A DNA stretch of 63,811 bases, counting the filler, from Ministeria vibrans ATCC 50519 (Eukaryota > Protista > Filasterea): assembly GCA_943704425.1 (NCBI GenBank). It is 5 parts of 5 records of this genome, joined end to end, with 100 filler letters (N's around TTAATTAATTAA, not from the genome) between each part and the next. Parts side by side here need not be neighbours in the genome. Positions count along the whole stretch, not along the records: positions 1 to 28,833 come from CALSCP010000159.1; 4 more parts are not named here. One strand, given 5' to 3'. Below the pieces are notes generated by a model. It worked only from the letters and a program-made list of their open reading frames with translations. It was not told the DNA's origin and searched no databases. Shown piece by piece: positions 12,304 through 24,600 of the stretch (position 1 is its first letter; each line of letters opens with the position of its first letter). A program made the position numbers and the translations under genes.

Positions 12304-14167
12304 ACAAATATATAGATATAGAGTGTCAAAGTCTACTAAAGACGGTATGCGTGAACTATCCTTACTGCAACCCAGTCGCCAACAGAGTTTCCCGCTGCAA
12401 GCACAGTCAGCCCAAGAATGGCCGTATCAATGCTGAAGAGCACTCCAAAGGTTTCAAGGACCGACACGAGCTCGTTGGCCTCGACATTGAGCCAGGCAAT
12501 GGCGCTGACAAAGCCCAAGAGGGCAATAAGAGGGTAGAAGCGTGGCAGAGAATGGTCGTTGGTCGTCGCATAGAGCACAAGCGAGAGCGGAACGCACACC
12601 ATCAGACACGCGGCGTAGACTGGCACTGCTCCCGCACTCGTTCCAAGCACATCAAAGCTCTATCCTCCAACAGACACAACACGCAGACACACAGACATAT
12701 ATTCTTCAGGTTTCGAACACCATAAAAACCCATCTTTTCGACGTCTTACACCCAGATTGAGACATATGAGCATGGCAAAGGGAAGCGGAGTGAGCACAGT
12801 GAAAATGCGTCTTTGGCGGTTCCACAGCCCGTCAGCAGAAGGAATGCTGAGCCAACGCATCAGGGAGAAAGGATATTCGACAACAAACTGCACTTTGGCG
12901 GGCAGTCCTTCGTCCGCGTCCCACTGCAGTCCTACGAGGCGCACTTCCTTGGTCTCCAATACACTCTCGTGCACATCAGTATCATTTGTTCTGAACAAAA
13001 TGAAGAGAAAAAAAACAAACACGGCGAAGAGAGAAAGAGAATCAAATCGACACAATCCTATACATATAGTACATATGACACATATGAGGAGAGTGAAACA
13101 GAGAGAAAGAGCACATTTAAAGACATATGAGAAAAAGGAAGACAGACGAAAAAAAAAACGCATTTAAAGTGGAAACACAATTACACATTACACAATGAAT
13201 AATACAGGATCGTACAGGAGAGGTTCAGTGTCAGTTGCATCTGCAAGCGCAACCAATTGGTCTTGCTTGAATCGCTGGTAGCGTGTGATAGTCACTACTA
13301 TCCCAATGTAGATTATGTACAGCAGAAGGAACGCGACCGATTCGTAGATGGAAATCTGCAAGAACGCATAACAATTTTTTTTCATACTCGATAGGAAGAC
13401 CATTAATTATGCTTTTGTACCTTTCCGTCGTACGAAGCGCCAATGACAAGCGCTACAACAATCATGTAGGCGATTTGATCGCGAAAAAAGTCACTGCGTT
13501 TAATGGTGCCCGCATTGACAGTGCTCAGCAAGATCACCGAGCCCAACACGACGGTTGAGATGAACATGGATGCGCCCAGAAGAGCGCCTAATTCCAAAGG
13601 GAAGTCGTCGGCCTTTTGTAGTGCCGAGTATGCTGCAAAAACGTCGGGTGCGCCGTTCCCCAGTGCAAGCAGCGTGATTCCAGCGACACTATGTACAAGC
13701 CGCAATGTTGACATGGGACTTTTTCTTTTGGCTGACGCTTACGCTGGCGAGAGCTTGAGCTGTTCGCTTAGTAACTGGAGTGGCGGGACAAAGTAGGTGT
13801 CGGCTGTGCTGGCGAGAAGCGAGATGAGCAGGAGAAGCCAGAGGAGGAGGACGATGTAGGCGAAGGGTTTGGCGTCGCTGAGGTCGCAGTACACCAGCGC
13901 AAGGTAGTTGAACAGCTGCATTGGGACCTCGTCGCAGAAGTGCGTGACAAAGTAGCACTTGTCGACGACCTGCTTGTCGTGCACCGACGAGCAGTTTCCC
14001 GAAGCGCTATCGAGAAGGTGGCGCGTTGGAAGGCGCGCCACATCGCTTGTGAACAGTTCATCGCGCCATTCGTCTTGTCTTGTCGGAGACCCTCGAAATA
14101 AGGCAACAAGGCCCGCCGCGACAAGGACACATGTCAAGCGAGCTCCCAATCGACCACGGGCGGTCAT
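11357..14167 (-). CDS. Cation/Ca2+ exchanger of the CCX/NCLX (SLC8B1-like) family (multi-exon)
   Basis: Alpha-1 repeat 'VAGITLLALGNGAPDVF' and alpha-2 repeat 'LGLTVLAAGNSVGDWVA', plus 'ARAGFPAMGVASCLGSPLLN'. N-terminal Cys-rich 'CYFVTHFC...FNYLALVYC' segment. Confidence 0.92.
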
Positions 14168-14441
14168 TAACGGGAAATGGTGTAAGGACTAAGACTGTCT
14201 TTTCTAGTCAATACAGACAGTCGTCATTGATGACAGACACATTCAGTCGAGTGTGGTGTGAAACTTGATCAAACTTCAATCCGAGAGCAATCGCTACCCA
14301 GTCAAGTGAGTCATACCAGTCAATAGTCAGACGCCAGCCAGTGATTCAGCGAGGGTTGGCGTCTTCGCAATGGCTAATGGTACGATACCTGACAAAGTGA
14401 GTTTTTGTCTTTTTCAGATTTATTTTAGACACTCACCTTCA

Positions 14442-14912
14442 ATGTTGAGCAGAGCACGCTGCCTCGTCCGGCCGGTTGTCGTGCAGTCGTTGAGGCTGCG
14501 ACAACCGCCTCCCCAACTGCCTCGCACCAATCGCCACGCGTCGTCCTCCGCCTCAACGCCTCCCTCCGACTCGTCCTCTTCCGACTCGTCCTCCTCCGCC
14601 TCCTCCGCCTCCTCCGCCTCCTTCGCCTCGGCGCCGCCCAGCAAGCTGTTCATCTCTCTCACGTGCAACGTGTGCAACGCGACCATCTCCAAGCTGATCA
14701 ACAAACGCACATACGAGACGGGCTCCGTGTTGGTGCGCTGCGACGGGTGCGCCAAGCTGCATGTGCTCGCCGACAACCACAATCTCTTTGACTACGGCGG
14801 CAAAAACATTGAGCAGATCATGGAGGAGAAGAACGAGTCGGTTCGGCGTGAGGCGACTCCAGACGAGCTACAAGCACTCACACGCGCGTTGGACAACTCG
14901 AAGAAATCCTGA
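14442..14912 (+). CDS. DNLZ: Mitochondrial DNL-type zinc finger protein (Hep1/Zim17)
   Basis: Arg-rich presequence, then 'TCNVC...YETGSVLVRCDGCAKLHVLADNHNLF...NIEQIM'. Confidence 0.9.
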   Translation: MLSRARCLVRPVVVQSLRLRQPPPQLPRTNRHASSSASTPPSDSSSSDSSSSASSASSASFASAPPSKLFISLTCNVCNATISKLINKRTYETGSVLVRCDGCAKLHVLADNHNLFDYGGKNIEQIMEEKNESVRREATPDELQALTRALDNSKKS

Positions 14913-15640
14913 CACGCCCAAGAAAAGTGCCAACGACGCGTCCTCGGCTTAGGATCCGTCGAGTGTAAGACATGGGTGAAAAGTGGACGGATGGACTCGG
15001 GACCAGCCTGTGTTGGTGTCAGTGTCACTCTTGTACAAAATGAAACGGAATTTGTGTTGACGAAAGCAAAACTCAGCTCATTGTTGCAGTGATTTGCGGC
15101 TTGCTCAGCCCTGGGTACTTCATTTTGGTGCAATGGTGGCTTCATACTTTCGTGCGTGGTGAGTGGTGACAGAATTTCTCACCTACGTCTGACGTCACGA
15201 ATCAAACCAATCTCCAAATTTCCTTTTCCGATGATCGATCGGCACAACCACGCTAATACCGCGCACTATGCAATTCGCTGCAGTCCTGTGGTCACAATAA
15301 GTCACCACTCACCACTCTCTCCTGATTCGTGATCCCAATCCCACGTTCTTCTCAACTCTTTTGTCGATGGATGAGCCACAAACCTCGCTCGATCGGACGT
15401 TCTGCCGAACAATGTGAGACTCCGGGCCATTAACAACACACATGATACTATGGCGTTACAACTCACAGGGCGGTCACTCAGTCACTCACCATTTTACCAA
15501 TAGCCAAAAGTTCGCACACGACTCACGTTCGATCGATAATCGGAATTCAAAAATCAAAACACTTCAGACTTTTTTTTCTTTTCTTTTTTTCATTGAACTT
15601 TTTTTTTCTTTCAATTCTTCGCTTATCTTCAATCTCTTCA

Positions 15641-18600
15641 ATGAAGCTTGTTTTGCTGGCTTCTCTCGCGCTTGTGTGCGTCTGTCTCGCTGAGCAGATG
15701 CCCGAGCCCGAACGCGAGCCTGCAAACGCCCTGGACCTTCTCAGCGACGGTCCGCTTGCCCATTATACTGACGTCACGCGACCCGCTCGCTCACCCCAAA
15801 ACCTCTCTTGCAGACGAACTCTTCGGCCTGGACGAGGTCCATTTCGCCAGGGACAACGTCCAGCTTGACATTGATACACGTAGCCACGGCGTGTGCTCCA
15901 GGTACGCTTGGTGTTCGCTTGAGTATGCAATTGACGTATGTCGTTAGACTTTTTTTTTTTTTTTGAATTTGCATCGTTTCCCCGCGCACCCTCATGCGGC
16001 TTTGCATCACTCCTGCCATTGCTCGCTAGCCCATTGTTGGTCCATTAGACACCTTCTAGCCTGCTTAGATTCGCAATTGGCGCGTTGTTTTGCGACAGAA
16101 TTCCATTTTTGATTCAGTGACGACAGCTTGATCGGAACTAAAACGAGAGACGACAAACATCTGAAAAGAGTCACATTCCTCAGTCAACGCCATCCCATTC
16201 TATCGACACACACTCTCTCATATTACTCCCTACCGCCGTATGCCGTTTCGCCTACCGCTCGTGACACACCAACGTTGACCGTTTTTTCTTTGTCTTCTTC
16301 TAATTGTTCGTCTCATCTCGCCACTTATTTTTTTTTCTTTTTTTTTCCTCCTTTTTTTATAGTAACCCATGTCAGCAAGGAGGCACATGTAACAGCTACA
16401 CGGCGAGCTCGCGTCGTCGTCGCCGCACCTCGTACAACTACTTTGCTTGCTCATGTCTCTCCGGCACGTACGGAACACGCTGTCAGAGTGGCTCCACCGG
16501 CGCCTGCTCCTCCAACCCTTGTCAACACAACTCCAACTGTATTGACGCCGTCAACAACGGCTTCTCCTGTCAGTGTAGCTCTGTGTACGCCGGAAAGACG
16601 TGCAACGTTGTCAAAGCATGCGTCTCCAATCCGTGTCGCAACGGTGGCGATTGTGTCGACTCCGTCTCCACCGCCTCCAATCCCGTCGACATTGTCCTTG
16701 TCCTCGACAACAGTGGTAGCATGTCTTCGTCGTCCATCTCGTCGCTCAAAACGGCTGTCAAATCTTTGGTACATCAGAAACACGATTAATGTAATATTCT
16801 AACACGTCTTTCTTTGATTAGGTGAATTCGCTGAGCTCAAATGATCGCGTCGCCATCTATGCGTTTGGCAGCTCGAGTGGCTCAACCGGAGGCCAGACGA
16901 CGACGATTCCCAAGCGATTCCTTGCTTTTACTACCATTGGCGCCTACGACAGCTACTACTCGACGGGTCGTGGCCGTGTGCTCCATTACCTGGACAACGT
17001 TGTCTTCTCCACCCTACACTGGACTCCTCTTTACGACACCATCTTCTCTGCGATTGAGTACGGTGTGTCGTCGTCGCGCGACACTGCCAGTCCCATTGTC
17101 ATTGCCATGACAGACGGTTCTGACACCTCTTCGTCGGTGAACCATTACGCAAACAATGACGCCAATGAGTTTCCCGACGGTGACTCGGCCGGCCGCATTG
17201 GTAACAACGACTATAACAATCGCGACGACTACGGCTCCGCCTACCGCGGAAGCGACAATATCGATGGTGGTATTTGTAACTCACCCATCCCCGTGTACAC
17301 CGTCGGCCTGGGCATTGGCTCGTCCGATGCCAACAAGCTGCGCGAGGTCGCCCTCACCTCGCCCGGCGGTCAGTACTACGGTGCCGCCAGCAGTAGCGAT
17401 CTCATTGGTGTCTACTCGTCCATTTCCGACTCGGTTGCCGTCTCTTTCACATGTAACTGTCGCTCCGGCTACACCGGCGTCAACTGCGAGACAGCCGTCA
17501 ACCACTGTGACTCGAACCCATGCCGCAATGGTGGTACCTGCCACAACACTGCCTCCGGCTACGCCTGCACCTGCCCCTTCGGCTTTGGTGGCACCCTCTG
17601 CCAGACTGTCACCAACCCTTGCTACTCGAACCCGTGTCAAAACGGTGGCACTTGCATCACCTATGGTACCAGCTTCTACTGCAACTGTCCCACCGGTCGC
17701 ACCGGCAACCTTTGCCAGACCATCATCAACAACTGCGCTTCGAACCCGTGCGCCAACCAGGGCACGTGCGTCTCCACTGCAAACGGCTACACCTGCTCGT
17801 GCCGCACCTTCTACACTGGCGAACGCTGCACCGTCACCAAAGCTTGCCTTTCCAACCCGTGTCGCAACGGTGGCACCTGTGCTGACGTCGTGTCGACCAC
17901 GCCCGGTAGTAGCTCGCTTATCGACCTTGTTTTCATGCTGGACAACAGCGGTAGCATGACCAATACGGACGTGAGCGCCCTCAAGAGTGCTGTCATTGCA
18001 ACCGTCAACGGCCTGAAGGACACCGACCGCGTTGCCATTTTCAGCTTCTATGGCCTCCAGGGACAAATCAATGGCAACGCCAACGAGTGGGGTCCCAAGC
18101 TCTTCTTGGGTTTCACCACCCTGGGTGCGTACGACTCGTCGTATGGCACTGGCCGTGGCCGTGTTATCCACTACGTCAACAATATCATCTTCCAGTACGA
18201 CCACTGGACGCCGCTGTGGGACACGCTCTTCGACTCGATCAAGTATGCTATCACATACAGGCGCTCCGACGCGCGCGCCGTCGTTGTCGGTATGACCGAT
18301 GGCGAGGACACCTCAAGCGGTACCAACAACTACGGCAACGATGACTCCATCGAGTTCCCCGATGGCGACTCCAACGGACGCCTTGGCAACAACGACTACA
18401 ACACCTTGGATGACTACGGCTCCGCCTACCGCGGTTCCGATCAGATCGACGGTGGCCTCTGCAACGCTCCCATTGCCGTGTACACCGTCGGCCTGGACGT
18501 TAGCTCGTCGAACGCCAACAAGCTCCGCGAGGTCGCCCTCACATCCGACGGCGGTCAGTACTTTAGCGCTGTCTCCAACAACCAACTCTCGGCCGTGTAC

Positions 18601-21600
18601 CAAAGCATCGCCGACAGTGTCTCGGTCACGTACGAGTGCTCATGTCCCGCCGGCTACACCGGGGACGACTGCCAGACGCTCATCAACCCGTGTGGTTCGA
18701 ACCCCTGTCGCAACGGCGGTGTCTGCTCCCAGAGCGGCACCGGCTACACCTGCACCTGCACCTGCGGCTACGACGGCGTCACCTGCGCTTCGGTCAAGAA
18801 CGAGTGCTCCTCCAACCCGTGCGAGAACGGCGGCACCTGCTCTGACGGCACATGCTCTTTTTCTTGTGCTTGCCGTGCCGGTTATACCGGCGCGCGCTGC
18901 CAAACCAACATCAACGAGTGCGCGTCGAACCCTTGCCAGAATGGTGGTACCTGCACCGATTATGTCAACGCATACGCGTGTTCGTGCCGTTGCGGCTACT
19001 CCGGCCCGCAATGCCAGTGGAACAACAACGAGTGCTCGTCAAACCCTTGCAAGAATGGCGGTACATGCAACGACGGTATTTGCAGCTACACCTGCAGCTG
19101 CCGACCCGGCTACTATGGCGACCGTTGCGAGACCAACATCAACGAGTGCGCCTCGAATCCGTGCAAGAACGGCGGCACTTGTCACGACGGCGTTAACGGT
19201 TACACTTGCTCCTGCAAGTGTGGCTACGAGGGAGCGACGTGCGCCACCAACACGAACGAGTGTGCCTCGAACCCGTGTCTCAACGGTGGCACCTGCTCCG
19301 ACAACGTCTGTGGCTACACCTGCGGCTGCAAGACGGGCTACTCGGGCGATCAATGTCAGTTGAACAACAACGAGTGCGCGTCGAACCCCTGCAAGAATGG
19401 TGGCACTTGTGTCGATGGCATTGCCAGCTACATCTGCAAATGCCGATGTGGTTGGGCCGGAAGCCTGTGTGAATCAGCTGTCAACGAGTGCGCGTCGAAT
19501 CCGTGCCAGAATGGCGCAACTTGCAACGACGGTGTCTGCGGCTACACCTGCACTTGTCCGCCCGGCTTCTACGGCACCTACTGCCAAGCAAACACAAACG
19601 AGTGCGCATCAAACCCCTGCCGCAACGGTGGCACCTGTACCGACCTCGTCAATGGCTACACCTGCTCATGCCCCTGCGGTTACGAGGGTGTCACGTGTGC
19701 CACGAACACAAACGAATGTGCTTCGAACCCCTGCCTCAATGGTGGCACCTGTAACGACCGCGTGTGCGGCCACACGTGTACGTGCATGCCCGGGTACACC
19801 GGCAACCGTTGCGAGACCAATGTGAACGAGTGCTCCTCGAACCCGTGCCGCAACGGCGGAGTCTGTATCGACAGTGTCAATGGCTTCTCCTGCTCGTGTC
19901 CGTGCGGCTGGACCGGCTCGCTGTGCCACTCGCAAATCGACGAGTGTGCCTCTAACCCGTGCCGCAACGGCGCTACCTGCCTTGATCGCACCTGTGGGTT
20001 CAGCTGCAAATGCGCCCCCGGCTACTACGGCTCGCGCTGCCAGGCTGACATCAACGAGTGTGCCTCGAATCCGTGCCAGAACAGCGGTACGTGCCACAAC
20101 CTTGTCAATAGCTTTGCGTGCTCGTGTCGATGCGGCTACGAGGGTGTCACTTGCGGCACCAACGTGAACGAGTGTTCGTCTAACCCGTGCGCTAACGGTG
20201 GCACTTGCAACGACGCCATCTGCGGCTACTCGTGCACCTGCCCCCCCGGCTTCACGGGCCCTGAGTGCAAGACCAATGTGAACGAGTGCGCCTCCAACCC
20301 GTGTGCCAACGGCGGAACTTGCCACGACGGTGTCAACGGCTACACGTGCTCGTGCAAGTGCGGCTGGATGGGCACGCGCTGCACCGTCAACGTCAACGAG
20401 TGTGCTTCGAACCCGTGCCAAAACGGTGCAACCTGCAACGACGCCACTTGTGGCTACACTTGCACCTGTGCTCCTGGCTACTTTGGTACACACTGTCAGA
20501 CTAATGTGAACGAGTGTGCGTCGAATCCGTGCCGGAACGGCGGTACTTGCACCGATCATATCAATGGCTACACCTGTGCCTGCAAGTGCGGCTACGAGGG
20601 CGCTAACTGCGCCACGGAGACGAACGAGTGCGCTTCCGGCCCGTGCCACAACGGTGGTACTTGCTCCGACAGTGTGTGTGGCTACTCTTGCGGCTGCAAG
20701 GCCGGCTACACCGGCACTCATTGCGAGACCAACATCAACGAGTGCGCCTCGAACCCGTGCCAGAATGGCGGTGTGTGCGACGACCGTGTCAACGGCTACT
20801 CTTGCTCGTGTGCCTGCGGCTGGACCGGCACCCAATGTACTTCCAACATCAACGAGTGCGCGAGCAACCCGTGCCAGAACGGTGCCACCTGTAATGATGC
20901 CACTTGCGGTTACACTTGCACTTGTGCGCCTGGCTACTTTGGCACCAAGTGTGACTCGGATGTGAACGAGTGTCTCTCGAACCCATGCCAGAACGGTGGT
21001 ACCTGTACGGACCGTGTCAACGGCTACACATGCGCCTGCAAGTGCGGCTACGAAGGCGCCACGTGCGCGACCAACACCAACGAGTGCGCGTCGGCTCCTT
21101 GCCAGAATGGCGGCACTTGCAGTGACTCGGTCTGCGGCTACTCGTGTGGTTGCAAGGCCGGCTACACCGGCACCCACTGTGAGACTAACATCAACGAGTG
21201 CGCCAGTAACCCGTGCCGCAACCAGGCGACTTGTGTCGATGGAATCAACAGATACACATGCCTGTGCAAGTGTGGTTGGACCGGAACCCATTGCGACAGT
21301 AACATCAACGAGTGCGCCTCGAACCCGTGTCGCAACGGCGCTACTTGTGTCGACAGCACCTGCGGTTACTCTTGCCAGTGCGCGCCCGGTTACTTTGGCA
21401 CACACTGCGACTCCAATGTGAACGAATGCAGCTCAAACCCCTGCCAGAATGGCGGTACCTGTACCGACGGCATCAACGGCTACACCTGCTCGTGCGCTTG
21501 CGGATGGGAGGGCACTCACTGTGCGTCGAACACCAACGAGTGCGGATCGAACCCATGCCAGAACGGCGGCACTTGCTCGGATGGCGTGTGTGGCTACGCT

Positions 21601-24600
21601 TGCTCGTGCAAGGCGGGCTACACTGGCACCCACTGCGAGACGAACGTCAATGAGTGTGCGTCAAACCCGTGTCGCAACGGCGCTACCTGCGTCGACGGTG
21701 TCAACGGTTACTCCTGCTCATGTGCCTGCGGATGGAATGGTGTTCACTGCCAGACGAACATCAACGAGTGCTCGTCGAACCCGTGCAAGAACGGCGCCAC
21801 TTGCAACGACGCCACTTGTGGCTACACTTGCACTTGTGCACCGGGCTACTTTGGCACACATTGTGACTCGAACGTCAACGAGTGCGCCTCCAACCCTTGT
21901 CTCAACCAAGGCACCTGCCACGATGGCATTAACGGTTTCACCTGCTCTTGCAAGTGCGGCTGGGAAGGTGCTACGTGCGCCACCAACACCAACGAGTGTG
22001 CGTCGAACCCGTGCCAGAACGGCGGAGCTTGCAGCGACTCGGTCTGCGGCTACTCTTGCTCGTGTGACGCCGGCTACACCGGCACGCACTGCGAGACGAA
22101 CGTCAACGAGTGCGCCTCAAACCCGTGTGTCAACGGCGACTGTGTTGATGGCGTGAATGGCTACACTTGCAACTGCGAGTGCGGCTGGAACGGCGTGCAT
22201 TGCCAGACGAACATCAACGAGTGCTCGTCGAACCCGTGCAAGAACGGCGCCACCTGTAATGATGCCACGTGCGGTTACACGTGCACCTGTGCGCCGGGCT
22301 ACTTTGGCACGCATTGCGACTCGAACATCAACGAATGCGATTCGAGTCCCTGCAAGTTTGGCGGTACCTGTCACGACGGCATTGACAGCTTCACGTGTAC
22401 CTGTGCTTGCGGTTATGAAGGTGCCACGTGCGCCACCAACACCAACGAGTGTGCGTCGAACCCGTGCCAGAATGGTGCTACATGCAGCGATGAGGTGTGC
22501 GGCTACTCGTGCGTCTGCAAGAGTGGTTTTGTGGGTACCCATTGTCAGACGAACGTCAACGAGTGTTCTTCAAACCCTTGCCGCAATGGCGCCACTTGTG
22601 TTGATGGTGTCAATGGCTACACATGTACCTGTGCTTGCGGCTGGTACGGCGCTTTGTGCCAGTACAACACCAACGAATGTGCGAGCAACCCTTGCAATAA
22701 TGGTGCGACATGTAACGATCAGACATGTGGCTACACGTGCACTTGTGCACCTGGCTACTTTGGCACCCACTGCGACTCGAACACCAACGAGTGCGCGTCG
22801 AATCCTTGCCAGAATGACGGCACTTGTCACGATGGTATTAACATGTACACTTGCTCATGCAAGTGCGGCTTCGAAGGCGTCAACTGCGCCACCAACACTA
22901 ACGAGTGCGGATCGAACCCGTGCCAGAACGGTGGCACTTGCGCAGATGGTGTGTGCGGCTACGCTTGCTCGTGCAAGCCTGGCTACACTGGCACCCACTG
23001 TGAGACAAACGTGAATGAGTGCGCGTCGAACCCGTGCCGCAACGGGGCTACCTGCGTCGACGGTGTTAACAGTTACTCCTGCTCTTGCGCCTGCGGCTGG
23101 TACGGTGCTCTTTGTCAGCACAACACCAACGAGTGCGCCTCGAACCCGTGCCAGAACGGTGCCACCTGCAATGATGGAACGTGTGGTTACACTTGCACTT
23201 GTGCTCCTGGCTATTTTGGCGCTCTGTGCGACTCGAACACGAACGAGTGTGACTCGAACCCGTGCCAGAACGGCGGTACATGTCACGACGGAATCAACGG
23301 CTACACTTGCAGCTGTGCTTGCGGCTATGAAGGTGCAAACTGTGCCACCAACACCAACGAGTGCGGTAGCAACCCGTGCCAGAACGGCGGGTCTTGCTCT
23401 GATGGCGTGTGTGGTTACACATGTGGCTGCAAGGCAGGTTACACCGGAACCCACTGCGAGACGAACGTGAACGAGTGCGCCTCAAACCCGTGTCAGCATG
23501 GCGCCACCTGTGTTGATGCTGTTAATAGCTACTCGTGCACCTGCGCCTGTGGCTGGACTGGTGTTTACTGCCAGACGAACATCAACGAGTGCGCCAGCAA
23601 TCCTTGCCAGAACGGCGCTCGTTGTGACGATGCCACGTGTGGCTTCACTTGCAAGTGTGCCCCGGGATACTTTGGCACACTGTGTGACTCGGAGACGGAC
23701 GAGTGTGCCAGCAACCCTTGTCAGAATGGTGGCACTTGCCACGATTCGGTCAACGGTTACTCTTGTGAGTGCGCTTGTGGCTGGGAGGGCACGCATTGTG
23801 CGTCCAACACCAACGAATGCGCTTCGAACCCGTGCCAGAACAACGGCGTGTGCAGCGACAGCGTCTGCGGCTACACTTGCAGCTGTGCCAACGGTTACGC
23901 AGGAGACGACTGTGAGACCAACATCAACGAGTGCGCGAGCAACCCGTGCCAGAACGGCGCGACGTGTAACGATCAGGTCAACGGCTACGAGTGCGCCTGC
24001 ACCTGTGGCTGGTCTGGCACTCACTGTTCGGTCAACATCAACGAGTGCGGCTCGAATCCTTGCCAGAACGGCGCCACATGCCACGACGCGACGTGTGGCT
24101 ACACTTGCACGTGCGCTCCGGGTTTCTTCGGCACCTTGTGCGATTCGGATGTAAACGAGTGTCTCTCAAACCCGTGTCAGAACGGCGGTACTTGCAGTGA
24201 TCTTGTCAACGGCTACACCTGTTCGTGCGCCTGCGGATGGGAGGGCACTCACTGTGCGTCGAACACCAACGAGTGCGGATCGAACCCATGCCAGAACGGC
24301 GGCACTTGCTCGGATGGCGTGTGTGGCTACGCTTGCTCGTGCAAGGCGGGCTACACTGGCACCCACTGCGAGACGAACGTCAATGAGTGTGCGTCAAACC
24401 CGTGTCGCAACGGCGCTACCTGCGTCGACGGTGTCAACGGTTACTCCTGCTCATGTGCCTGCGGATGGAATGGTGTTCACTGTCAGACGAACATCAACGA
24501 GTGCTCGTCGAACCCGTGCCAGAACGGCGCCACTTGCAACGACGCCACTTGTGGCTACACTTGCACTTGTGCTCCTGGTTACTTTGGTACCCACTGCGAC

